DNA of 18,374 nt from Candidatus Fraserbacteria bacterium (GCA_037443265.1 JBBIOR010000005.1:1-18374), one strand, 5' to 3'; numbered from the stretch's first letter, positions 7,214 to 15,568 are shown. Made by a program: numbers and translations. The notes: generated by a model not told the origin, from the sequence alone.

Positions 7214-9745
7214 TTACCCGACGGAGCCTTCCATCTCAAGCTGGATGAGTCTATTGAATTCGACGGCATACTCCATGGGCAGCGTCTTCGTGAACGGCTC
7301 CATGAACCCGAGCACAATCATGGCGATGGCCTCCGCCTCCGAGAGGCCGCGACTCATCAGATAGAAGATCTGATCTTCTCCCACTTTGCCCACGGTCGCC
7401 TCGTGTCCGACGGTGACTTGATCCTCATCGATCTCAACGTATGGGTACGTGTCGCTACGGGAGTGCTCATCAAGCAGGAGCGCGTCGCAGAGCACGGTGG
7501 CCTTAGAATGCACGGCTCCTTTGGCCACTTTGAGGAGGCCGCGATAGCTGGTGCGCCCGCCGTCTTTGCTGACGGACTTGCTGGTGATCGTGCTGGTGGT
7601 GAATGGGGCGGCGTGAATGACTTTCCCGCCGGTGTCCTGATGCTGGCCCCGGCCGGCATAGGCGACAGAGAGGATATCCGCACGGGCACCCTTGCCCAGC
7701 ATATAGACCGAAGGGTACTTCATCGTCACGCGGGAGCCGATATTCGCGTCGACCCACTCCACGGTGGCGCCTTCATAGGCCACGGCCCGCTTGGTGACCA
7801 AGTTGTATACATCGTTCGACCAGTTCTGAAGCGTCGTATAGCGCAGATGGGCCCCCGGCTTGGCAATGAGCTCTACCACGGCCGAGTGCAGGGATTCTTT
7901 TGAGTAGACAGGGGCTGTACAATTGTGAACAGCAAAGCCGCGCACAAGATATGAATTCGGACCTTCGACATCTAGATTGAACACGAAGCCGTCATAGAGG
8001 GTGCGCTCAATTCCCTTGATCGGTATCAAGAAATACGTGTCTGTCTTGCGGATCTCGCTCCAGTGCTTTTCCACCGTGTAAACGACGATGTACTGATCTG
8101 GGCGATGGATCTTCCTAACATCGTCGCCGCCCTTACGCACTTGAATGCTGGCAAAGATGCCCTTCCTGGCAAGCAACTCTTGCAGCTGCTGGGCAAGCGT
8201 TTCTGAAGCCGTGACCGCTCTGTGCATCACGCTGTTACCCTTGTCGCAGACATTGCCGTCGCCGCGGAAGTAAGCGTTTAGCAATAGTTCAATCTGCTCT
8301 GGGGGCAAGGCCATGAGTTCATCGCTCAGCCGCTTTCTCGCTGCACCCTTTCCACAAGAGGTGAGGCAAAGCTCCATGAGCTCTCTTGAATACACGGTCA
8401 CGTTCACAGCATGTCTGCCCTTGAGCTCCGTCACATAAGCCCTCTTGCCGGTGACATGTGTGATCAACGAACACACCTCGGCAATGATCTCCGCCTCGCC
8501 CGAGCTGAACGTGAAGCTTACTACGGGCATGTTGAGCGTCTTGTGGAGGAACGCTGACCCCTCAGCAAGGTAATAACCCAGGAGTTTGAGCAACTCCGGT
8601 GAGTACTTCGGGTTATAGCCCTCAGCTTGCACCCTGGGGAAGACCAGAAAGTCCCCGACAGCTAGCTCACCTGCGGGCACATACTGGGGCTCCGCAGCTA
8701 AGAGCTGGCTCGTGTCGACCTCCGGCAGCCAGCCGTTGCGTGGCTTGCGCTTTGTTAGGACCTCGGAGCGACGGACAACCAATACTGGATGTTCAGGCGT
8801 AAGTCGAAAGGTGTTATATGGCGAGAGAGGCCGGATCGTAAGCATCTCGCCTCGATACGGACGCACCATTACGGCTCGTACTCTCGCTTTACAGCCATCA
8901 CTGGCCACAACATGATCCCCAGGCTTGAGGTGCTCGATGTTGGTCCATCGATCACCCAAACTCACTTGCTCGCCTCCAGGCAAGCACCCCTCGATGTAGT
9001 GCACCTTGGCACCTTCTTCGGCGATGATGAGCGTGCGCTCAAACTGCCCCATGTTCGCGGCGTTGATTCGGAAATACGCCTGTAAGGGGATGTCTACTTG
9101 AACCCCCGGCGGCACATAGATGAACGAGCCGCCACTCCAGACCGCGGAATTGAGGGCTGCAAATTTGTTGTCCTCCTTGGGAATGACCGTGCCAAAATAT
9201 TGCTTGACGATCTCAGGGTACTGCTTGAGCCCTTCATCCATCCCCAGGAAGATGACGCCCTTCTTCTCCAGATCTTTTCTCAGATTGTGATAGACCGTCT
9301 CTGAATCATATTGGGCCCCAACTCCCGCCAGGAACTTGCGCTCGGCCTCGGGGATGCCCAGCCTGTCAAAAGTCTTCTTGATGTAGTCGGGCACTTCTTC
9401 CCAAGTGCGGGCCGGCTTGTCCGTGGGGCGCGCGTAGTAGACGATCTCATCGAAGTTGATCGCTGAAAGATCCGCACCCCAGGTGGGCATCGGCTTCTTC
9501 ATGAACACTTCATAGGCTTCCAGGCGGAACTTCCTCATCCAGTCCGGCTCGCCCTTAAGACGTGAAATCTCTTCTACAACCTCACGCGAGAGCCCGGGTT
9601 TCCCAACATACTGATATCGATCCGTGGGGTCTTTGAAATCATATCGGCTGTAATCGCGCTCAAAGACTTCCGCTTTGGGCTTCTCGACGACGGCCGCACC
9701 GGCCGCCCGCCGCTTCTTCTCCCCTAAGTGCTTCTCGTCCGCCAT
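7214..9745 (-). CDS. sufB: Fe-S cluster assembly protein SufB precursor containing an intein (488 aa after splicing)
   Basis: GVGAQYDSE, NSAVWSGGSF, GQFERTLI, YIEG|CTAP split by an insert, GHEATVG, FYLMSRG. Confidence 0.97.
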   Translation of the reverse strand: MADEKHLGEKKRRAAGAAVVEKPKAEVFERDYSRYDFKDPTDRYQYVGKPGLSREVVEEISRLKGEPDWMRKFRLEAYEVFMKKPMPTWGADLSAINFDEIVYYARPTDKPARTWEEVPDYIKKTFDRLGIPEAERKFLAGVGAQYDSETVYHNLRKDLEKKGVIFLGMDEGLKQYPEIVKQYFGTVIPKEDNKFAALNSAVWSGGSFIYVPPGVQVDIPLQAYFRINAANMGQFERTLIIAEEGAKVHYIEGCLPGGEQVSLGDRWTNIEHLKPGDHVVASDGCKARVRAVMVRPYRGEMLTIRPLSPYNTFRLTPEHPVLVVRRSEVLTKRKPRNGWLPEVDTSQLLAAEPQYVPAGELAVGDFLVFPRVQAEGYNPKYSPELLKLLGYYLAEGSAFLHKTLNMPVVSFTFSSGEAEIIAEVCSLITHVTGKRAYVTELKGRHAVNVTVYSRELMELCLTSCGKGAARKRLSDELMALPPEQIELLLNAYFRGDGNVCDKGNSVMHRAVTASETLAQQLQELLARKGIFASIQVRKGGDDVRKIHRPDQYIVVYTVEKHWSEIRKTDTYFLIPIKGIERTLYDGFVFNLDVEGPNSYLVRGFAVHNCTAPVYSKESLHSAVVELIAKPGAHLRYTTLQNWSNDVYNLVTKRAVAYEGATVEWVDANIGSRVTMKYPSVYMLGKGARADILSVAYAGRGQHQDTGGKVIHAAPFTTSTITSKSVSKDGGRTSYRGLLKVAKGAVHSKATVLCDALLLDEHSRSDTYPYVEIDEDQVTVGHEATVGKVGEDQIFYLMSRGLSEAEAIAMIVLGFMEPFTKTLPMEYAVEFNRLIQLEMEGSVG
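7922..8986 (-). mobile_element. Intein, 355 aa, with LAGLIDADG homing endonuclease
   Basis: Block A CLPGG (precursor residue 254), block B TPEHP, LAGLIDADG blocks LLGYYLAEG and LLNAYFRGDG, block F VFNLDVEG, block G GFAVHN followed by Cys+1. Confidence 0.96.
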
Positions 9746-9748
9746 GGA

Positions 9749-10552
9749 CTAAGCCACCCCCTCTTGCGCGTATCCCAGCTCTTCCAGAATCCAGTCATAG
9801 CCCTTCTCTTCCAGCTCGTGGGCCAGCCGCTGATCGCCGCTCTTGACGATCCTCCCATCGACCATGACGTGCACGTAATCCGGCCTTAAATAATTGAGAA
9901 TGCGTTGATAGTGCGTGATGGCCAGACACCCAAAATGGGGGCCTCTTAAGCTATTGACGGCCTCAGCCACGATCTTGACGGAATCGATATCAAGACCCGA
10001 GTCTGTCTCATCGAGAATGGCGAACTCCGGCTGCAGCATAAGCAGCTGTAAAATCTCTGCGCGCTTCTTCTCGCCGCCGGAGAATCCTTCGTTTAAATAG
10101 CGCGTGGCAAACAACTCGTCGAGCCGAAGCAGAGCGAGCTTCTCTTTGAGGATCTTTCGGAATTCCCCAAAGGCCAGCTTCGTGGGTTTGCCGTTGGTCT
10201 CTTCGCCATCATCGGACTCGCCCCGGCGGGCCTTAAGAGCCGCCAGCAAGAAGCGCGCGAGCGGCACCCCGCTGATCTCAAACGGATACTGAAATGCCAG
10301 AAAGAGCCCCAACTTCGCCCGCTCATCCGGCTCCAATTCTAAAATATTTTGGCCCTTGAAGAGCACTTCTCCCTTCGTAATGTCATATTTGGGATGGCCC
10401 ATAAGCGCCAGGGCCAGTGTGCTCTTGCCGCTTCCGTTGGGCCCCATGATCGCGTGGACCTCGCCCTTCTGAACAGCCAAATTTACGCCTTTAATGATCT
10501 CTTTGCCCTCGATACTCACATGCAAGTCTTTGATCTCCAGTCGATCGGTCAT
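9749..10552 (-). CDS. sufC: Fe-S cluster assembly ABC ATPase SufC
   Basis: Walker A GPNGSGKST, LAFQYP, NEGFSGGEKKR, ILDETDSGLDID; AAGGAG RBS. Confidence 0.98.
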   Translation of the reverse strand: MTDRLEIKDLHVSIEGKEIIKGVNLAVQKGEVHAIMGPNGSGKSTLALALMGHPKYDITKGEVLFKGQNILELEPDERAKLGLFLAFQYPFEISGVPLARFLLAALKARRGESDDGEETNGKPTKLAFGEFRKILKEKLALLRLDELFATRYLNEGFSGGEKKRAEILQLLMLQPEFAILDETDSGLDIDSVKIVAEAVNSLRGPHFGCLAITHYQRILNYLRPDYVHVMVDGRIVKSGDQRLAHELEEKGYDWILEELGYAQEGVA

Positions 10553-10571
10553 CGCTCACTCCTTGGTCAGA

Positions 10572-10602
10572 AAAGTCTACCAGATCAGTCTGCTTTTGTC
10601 AA
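10572..10602 (-). promoter_or_regulatory. sigma70 promoter of the suf operon with an overlapping IscR/Rrf2-like operator
   Basis: TTGACA (10602-10597)-N17-TAGACT (10579-10574); imperfect 25-bp palindrome at 10572-10596. Confidence 0.75.
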
Positions 10603-10610
10603 GCGACCCA

Positions 10611-10640
10611 TTGCACTCTCCGTTGCGACCGCTTTATAAT
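10611..10640 (+). promoter_or_regulatory. sigma70 promoter for the mini-ORF and gatB, back to back with the suf promoter
   Basis: TTGCAC-N18-TATAAT, followed by an AAGGAGG RBS. Confidence 0.7.
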
Positions 10641-10664
10641 AAGTGCTCGAAGGAGGGGCATCTC

Positions 10665-10763
10665 ATGGCCACTGTGGTTGTGATCGGCGGTGGGCCCGCG
10701 GGGAGAGAGCGCGGAAAACCCTACAGCGACTTCGACGTGCCCCCCGCCCAGAAGCAGAGCTAA
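10665..10763 (+). pseudogene. 32-aa ORF, probable in-frame deletion remnant of an FAD-dependent oxidoreductase
   Basis: [32 protein letters not shown]; strong RBS; complete GxGxxG motif and then no further fold. Confidence 0.65.
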
Positions 10764-10767
10764 GCGC

Positions 10768-12183
10768 ATGAGAACCGTCATCGGCTTCGAGGTCCACGCC
10801 CAGCTGGCGACGCGTACGAAGCTCTTCTGCGCCTGCAGCGCGGATTACTTCCAAGCGCCGCCTAACAGCCACTGCTGCCCCGTCTGCCTGGGGATGCCCG
10901 GCGCCCTGCCGGTGCTCAACGAGCGGGCTGTAGATCTTGCGCTTAAGGCAGCTCTAGCGCTCCATTGCGAGATCCCGCCGCGCTCCACCTTCGCTCGCAA
11001 GAACTATTTCTATCCCGATCTGCCCAAAGGCTATCAGATCTCGCAATATGATGAGCCGCTGGCTAGGGGAGGCTATCTCGATCTGGAGCTGGAAGATGGG
11101 CAGTCGAAGAGAATCCGCCTGCGACGGCTCCATCTCGAAGAGGACGCCGGAAGGCTCATTCACACGCCTGACGGGCGAAGTCTTGTGGATTGCAATCGCT
11201 GCGGCGTGCCCCTCATCGAGATCGTCACCGAGCCTGATCTATCTTCGCCGGAGGAGGCGGCGGAGTTTTTGCGACAACTGCGCCAACTGCTGCGCTATCT
11301 TGGGGTCTGCCGTGCCGACATGGAGAAGGGCGAGCTGCGTTGTGATGCGAACATCTCCCTCAGCCTAGATGGGAAACTTGGCACGAAGACAGAAATCAAG
11401 AATATGAACTCCTTCCGGGCCGTTGAGGAGGCGCTCCAGTATGAAGAGGCCCGTCAGCGACAGACCCTCAAATCGGGCGGTAAGATCATGCCACAGACCT
11501 TCGGCTGGAATCCCGATACGGGCCGAGTTGAGCTCCAGCGCACCAAAGAAGAGGCCGAAGACTATCGCTATCTCCCCGATCCGGATCTCGTCCCCGTCGT
11601 CGTGGATGAGGCGTGGAAGAGGCGCTTATGGGGTGAACTCCCCGAGCTGCCCGCCGTGCGTCGCCGCCGCTGGAAGGAGGTCTTCCAGCTGCCCGAGTAC
11701 GACATCCGCGTGCTCACGGAGGAGCGTGCTGTTGCCGAGTACTTCGAGAGGGTTGTGGAGCTCTATCCGAAGCCCAAGACCGTGAGCAACTGGATGATGA
11801 CGGAGCTCCTGCGGCTGTGGAAAGAATCTCCTGACGGTGGGATTCGCATCGCTCCCAAAGAGTTCGCCTACGTTCTCAAGATGGTCGAGGAAGGAACGAT
11901 CAACCGCAACACGGGCAAGGAAGTGATCGAAGAGGCTTTCAAGCTCGGAAAATCGCCTCAGGCCATCATCGAGGAGAAGGGCCTGGTGCAGATCTCAGAT
12001 GAGGCGATGTTGGCCGAACTGGCTGATCAAGTCATCGCCGAGCAGCCCCAAGCCGTGAGCGAGTTCAAAGCGGGCCATGAGAGAGTGCTGGGCTTCTTAG
12101 TGGGGCAACTGATGGCCAAGACCCAGGGGCGGGCGAATCCTCAGCTGGCGGCCAAAGTCCTCAAAGAACGGCTGAAGAGCTAA
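10768..12183 (+). CDS. gatB: Asp-tRNA(Asn)/Glu-tRNA(Gln) amidotransferase subunit B
   Basis: [54 protein letters not shown]. The start is ATG 10768 rather than 10690. Confidence 0.97.
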   Translation: MRTVIGFEVHAQLATRTKLFCACSADYFQAPPNSHCCPVCLGMPGALPVLNERAVDLALKAALALHCEIPPRSTFARKNYFYPDLPKGYQISQYDEPLARGGYLDLELEDGQSKRIRLRRLHLEEDAGRLIHTPDGRSLVDCNRCGVPLIEIVTEPDLSSPEEAAEFLRQLRQLLRYLGVCRADMEKGELRCDANISLSLDGKLGTKTEIKNMNSFRAVEEALQYEEARQRQTLKSGGKIMPQTFGWNPDTGRVELQRTKEEAEDYRYLPDPDLVPVVVDEAWKRRLWGELPELPAVRRRRWKEVFQLPEYDIRVLTEERAVAEYFERVVELYPKPKTVSNWMMTELLRLWKESPDGGIRIAPKEFAYVLKMVEEGTINRNTGKEVIEEAFKLGKSPQAIIEEKGLVQISDEAMLAELADQVIAEQPQAVSEFKAGHERVLGFLVGQLMAKTQGRANPQLAAKVLKERLKS

Positions 12184-14501
12184 TCGCACTCAGAAAACCC
12201 GCAGTCGCTGCAGATGTAGCAGCCGTTGGTGAACACCAATAGTCCGCCACAGCTGGGGCAGAGCTCCGCCTGGCGCTTCTGCTCCTGCCCGCCAGTGACG
12301 AGCTCCGGATGGTGCTTCCCCGCCGTTCTGGACTTGACTTCCTCAAGAAGAGCCAGCTGCTCTCCGCCTTTCAAATACTCTTCCATGGCCTTGGCGATCG
12401 CATCCGGCACCGAGAAGACGACCTTCCCATCTTCTTGGAGGACAGGCCGTAGACCGCGGATCAAGCTCAGCTCCTCAATGACCGCCGTGGGTTTTAGGCC
12501 GCTTCTTAGGGCCAGGGAGATCAAGCGGCCCAGAGCTTCGGTAAAGGCTGTGGCTGAAGATCCTGACTTGCCCAGATTGGCAAAGACCTCGACCATGCCC
12601 TTGTCATCCTCGTTGATGGTGACATAGAGATTGCCCATCTCGGTCTTCATGCGATATGTTTTGCCTTTGACGACCTTGGGTCGCGGCCTGGGAGTAAGCG
12701 TCGCCCGCTTGCGGGCTTCTCCCTCGGTGAGCAGAATCCCCTCGCGCGAGCCCTCGCGATAGACAGTGATGCCCTTGCAGCCGAGCTTCCAGCCCAAGAA
12801 GTAGATCTTGGCCACCTCCTCGGGCGTGATCGAAGAAGGCAGATTGACGGTGCTCGAGATCGCGTGATCGATATGTTTTTGGATGGTCGCCTGCATCCGG
12901 ACCCGAAACTCCGGCTTGATCTGATGGGCCGTCACAAAGAGGGGCGGAAGCTCCTTGGGATGCTTAAGAGAAAGGCGATCCAGATATTCTTTGACCAGAG
13001 GGTGATGGACTTGGAACTCGCCCTTGCTCAGGGATTTTGATCGGCGCACGTAGCTCAGCTCGAAGATGGGCTCGATCCCCGAGGTACACCCGGCCAGCAC
13101 CGAGCCTGAGCCCACGGGTGGGACGGTGAGCAGGGCAGCGTTTCTCAGGCCGCCCTTCTTGATTTTGCTTAGAACTTTGCGGTCGAGCCTCTGGACGAAG
13201 GGGCTCTTGAGATGCTTCTCCAGCGCAAAGGCCGGGAACGCCCCCTTCTCGACAGCCAGATTCGCGCTCTCGTCATAGACGAGGTTCTTGGCCCGCTCAA
13301 AGAGCTGGTCTGCGAACTCGATAGCTTCTTTCGTGTCGTACTTGAGACCCAGCTTGATGAGCATGTCCCCAAAGCCTGTGAAGCCCACCCCGATGCGGCG
13401 GGAGTGGAGCGAGGCCTCCTTCTGAGGGCGCAGGGGGTGCCTATCGGCGTTGTAGTCGAGCACGTTGTCCAGAAATCTCGTGGCGTAGCGCAGGGCCTTC
13501 TCCAGGTTCTCCCAATCGACCTGGGCACCCGCCTCAAAGGGCGCGACCACGAACTTCGCCAGATTGATATTGCCCAAGCAACAGCATCCGTAGGGTTCAA
13601 GGGGGATTTCGCTACACGGATTCGTGGTAATAACTTCCATGCCATTGTATTCTGTAGTGGACTCGCGCTTTATGGTATCCCAGAAGATGAGGCCGGGCTC
13701 GGCGGAGGCGTGCGCGTTTCTTATTAATCTCTCCCAAAGCGCGCGCGCCCGCACCCTCTTCTCCAGGCGCCCGATCACGGGGTTCTCGTAGCGCAGGGTG
13801 AATCCCTCATCTTTTTGCACGGCTTCCATGAACTCATCCGTGAGCCGCACGCTGATGTTGGCATATTGCACCTTGGTGCGCGCCGGGTCGTTTTTGATCC
13901 CTATGAAATCTTCCACATCGGGATGATCGCAGCCGATGGTGATCATCAAGGCCCCGCGGCGGCCGGCCTGGCCGATCGTGCCCGTCGTCATCGAGAAGAG
14001 ATCCATGAACGAGACGGAGCCTGTAGAATAGATGGCCGCGTTGTTGACGGGCGCGCCCTTAGGCCGCAAGATGCTGATGTCCGTGCCGACTCCTCCCCCA
14101 AAAGAGTACGTGCGGGCGGCCTCCTTGCACCACTCGAATATGGCTTCTATGGAATCCTCTTTAATGGGAATTACATAGCAATTGAGGAGCGTCGCCCGCC
14201 GCGGCTGCCCCGCCCCAAACATGATCCGCCCCCCGGGGATGAATCGAAAATCCTCCAAAAGCCAGTAGAATTTCTTCTGCCATTCCCTCTGCTTCTCTCG
14301 GGTGGCCTCCACGGAAGAGAGCTCCCGGGCGAGACGCTTCCACATCTCCAAGGGCGTCTTCTCGACAACTGTTCCGTCTAGATCCCGCAAAGCGTACTTG
14401 TCCAAAAAGCAGCGGATCCTCAGCTCGTCCCCCTGGAAGAACTCCACCGTCTCGGCTGGGAACCCCTCCTGCGCCGTTAAGAGAGCAGTGCGCTCGTTCA
14501 T
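12180..14501 (-). CDS. nrdJ: Class II (adenosylcobalamin-dependent) ribonucleotide reductase
   Basis: [51 protein letters not shown]-terminal TSCPD-like domain and CPSCG...[12 protein letters not shown] tail; no obvious ATP cone. Confidence 0.93.
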   Translation of the reverse strand: MNERTALLTAQEGFPAETVEFFQGDELRIRCFLDKYALRDLDGTVVEKTPLEMWKRLARELSSVEATREKQREWQKKFYWLLEDFRFIPGGRIMFGAGQPRRATLLNCYVIPIKEDSIEAIFEWCKEAARTYSFGGGVGTDISILRPKGAPVNNAAIYSTGSVSFMDLFSMTTGTIGQAGRRGALMITIGCDHPDVEDFIGIKNDPARTKVQYANISVRLTDEFMEAVQKDEGFTLRYENPVIGRLEKRVRARALWERLIRNAHASAEPGLIFWDTIKRESTTEYNGMEVITTNPCSEIPLEPYGCCCLGNINLAKFVVAPFEAGAQVDWENLEKALRYATRFLDNVLDYNADRHPLRPQKEASLHSRRIGVGFTGFGDMLIKLGLKYDTKEAIEFADQLFERAKNLVYDESANLAVEKGAFPAFALEKHLKSPFVQRLDRKVLSKIKKGGLRNAALLTVPPVGSGSVLAGCTSGIEPIFELSYVRRSKSLSKGEFQVHHPLVKEYLDRLSLKHPKELPPLFVTAHQIKPEFRVRMQATIQKHIDHAISSTVNLPSSITPEEVAKIYFLGWKLGCKGITVYREGSREGILLTEGEARKRATLTPRPRPKVVKGKTYRMKTEMGNLYVTINEDDKGMVEVFANLGKSGSSATAFTEALGRLISLALRSGLKPTAVIEELSLIRGLRPVLQEDGKVVFSVPDAIAKAMEEYLKGGEQLALLEEVKSRTAGKHHPELVTGGQEQKRQAELCPSCGGLLVFTNGCYICSDCGFSECD

Positions 14502-14599
14502 CGTTCCTCTATCCCCCTCTGATAGTAGCGAAGGTGCGGCTGTTTTGAAAGTCTAGCGTGGCGAATGCCCCCGATGATGATGAATCGCTCCTTACCCAT
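14498..14599 (-). other. 33-codon upstream ORF overlapping the nrdJ start (ATGA); possible flavoprotein remnant
   Basis: Hand translation [33 protein letters not shown]; no SD upstream. Confidence 0.3.
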
Positions 14600-14659
14600 T
14601 ATAAAACGCCTGGGAAGCGGAGTATGTAATCGGGAAGACTCTCAGCCGCCTCCGGGGTC

Positions 14660-14689
14660 ATCTTACTGGTCGAGTAAGAGCCAGGTCAA
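14660..14689 (-). promoter_or_regulatory. sigma70 promoter upstream of nrdJ with a palindromic operator
   Basis: TTGACC (14689-14684)-N18-TAAGAT (14665-14660); perfect TCTTACT-N5-AGTAAGA at 14661-14679. Confidence 0.6.
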
Positions 14690-14731
14690 CCTCGACAGCG
14701 GTCACCGACCCCACAGCTTAGCGCAAAAGAT

Positions 14732-15412
14732 TCAGAATTCATGGCCCTCGCCTGGTTTTAGAATAATTACGCGGCTGGACGTCTGTCCCTCTACGGCTCG
14801 CCGGAACGCCTCCGCGTCCTGCTGGATGGGCGGGAAGGTGTTGTAGTGAATGGGGATGACGAGCTTGGGCTTGAGTAGCTTTACGGCCTCCACGGCTGCC
14901 TCGGGGTCCATCGTGAAGTGGCTGCCGATGGGCAGAAGCGCTAAATCTAAGCCCTTCCGGCCGATGAGGGCCATATCTCCAAAGAGGGCCGTGTCCCCGG
15001 CATGATAGATCTTCTTACCCTCGTGGGTGGTGAGCACAACCCCGCAGGCCTGGCCCATGTACTGCCCATCGAGGCTGGAGCTGTGAAACGCCGGCGTAAA
15101 CATCACCGTCCCGAACTCGAATCTTTTGACTCCACCGGTGTTCAGGCCCACGGTGTTGGGAGCACCCTGGGATTGGCAGTAACTGGCCAGCTCGAAGGTG
15201 GCGATGATGGGACATTTATGCTGCTTCGCCATGGGCACGGCATCTCCCACGTGATCCAGGTGGCCGTGAGTTAGGATGATCGCATGGGGCCTGAAGTCCT
15301 CGGGCTTCTGGACGGCGGCGGGATTCCCCCTGATGAACGGATCAATCAGAATGGAAAAGCCGCCGCTCTGGATCTCGACGGCCGCGTGGCCGATGAAAGT
15401 GATCTTGGCCAT
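14732..15412 (-). CDS. UPF0173-type metal-dependent hydrolase (metallo-beta-lactamase fold)
   Basis: [38 protein letters not shown]. The ORF-track extension to 15493 is tRNA sequence. Confidence 0.92.
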   Translation of the reverse strand: MAKITFIGHAAVEIQSGGFSILIDPFIRGNPAAVQKPEDFRPHAIILTHGHLDHVGDAVPMAKQHKCPIIATFELASYCQSQGAPNTVGLNTGGVKRFEFGTVMFTPAFHSSSLDGQYMGQACGVVLTTHEGKKIYHAGDTALFGDMALIGRKGLDLALLPIGSHFTMDPEAAVEAVKLLKPKLVIPIHYNTFPPIQQDAEAFRRAVEGQTSSRVIILKPGEGHEF

Positions 15413-15422
15413 GGTCTGGTCG

Positions 15423-15499
15423 TGGTCGGGGCGGCCGGATTTGAACCGGCGACCACTCGCACCCCAAACGAGTGCGCTACCAGGCTGCGCCACGCCCCG
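15423..15499 (-). tRNA. tRNA-Pro(GGG), CCA encoded
   Basis: CGGGGCG acceptor stem, anticodon arm CTCGT-TTGGGGT-GCGAG, GGTTCAAATCC T-arm, ends ACCA; 77 nt. Confidence 0.97.
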
Positions 15500-15508
15500 C
15501 TACGCCTT

Positions 15509-15537
15509 GTTATAGCAATTCTGATCGCCAGATGCAA
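15509..15537 (-). promoter_or_regulatory. Promoter for tRNA-Pro(GGG) and the hydrolase
   Basis: TTGCAT-N17-TATAAC with a TGn extension, 9 nt upstream of the tRNA. Confidence 0.55.
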
Positions 15538-15568
15538 GCACGCCCACGCTGGCTGCGCCCACGCACTG

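Noticed and set aside
4016..7903. Multiple plus-strand ORFs across the suf operon
   Set aside because: They lie opposite well-supported suf genes and show no protein-family features.
10180..10235. Charged insert RRGESDDGEETNGKPTK in SufC
   Set aside because: Falls in a length-variable region of SufC, is in frame and has no intein or repeat signature.
10690..10767. N-terminal extension of GatB in the ORF track
   Set aside because: GatB homology starts at [10 protein letters not shown]; the extension overlaps the RBS-supported mini-ORF in another frame.
12180..14501. Intein or intron in nrdJ
   Set aside because: Catalytic motifs (NC, NPC.E, SGIEP) are contiguous and the length is ordinary.
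14612..14694. GGGAA...GAGCCAGG..AACCT resembling a cobalamin riboswitch near the B12-dependent nrdJ
   Set aside because: Wrong strand for nrdJ, and the GCCACTG and GGTG-AA-TCC core elements are missing.
14502..14731. NrdR boxes upstream of nrdJ
   Set aside because: No match to the acaC-ATAT-Gtgt-type palindrome found by eye.
15413..15493. N-terminal extension of the hydrolase (and likewise 17991..18158 for the TPM gene)
   Set aside because: These are translations of tRNA and intergenic sequence.
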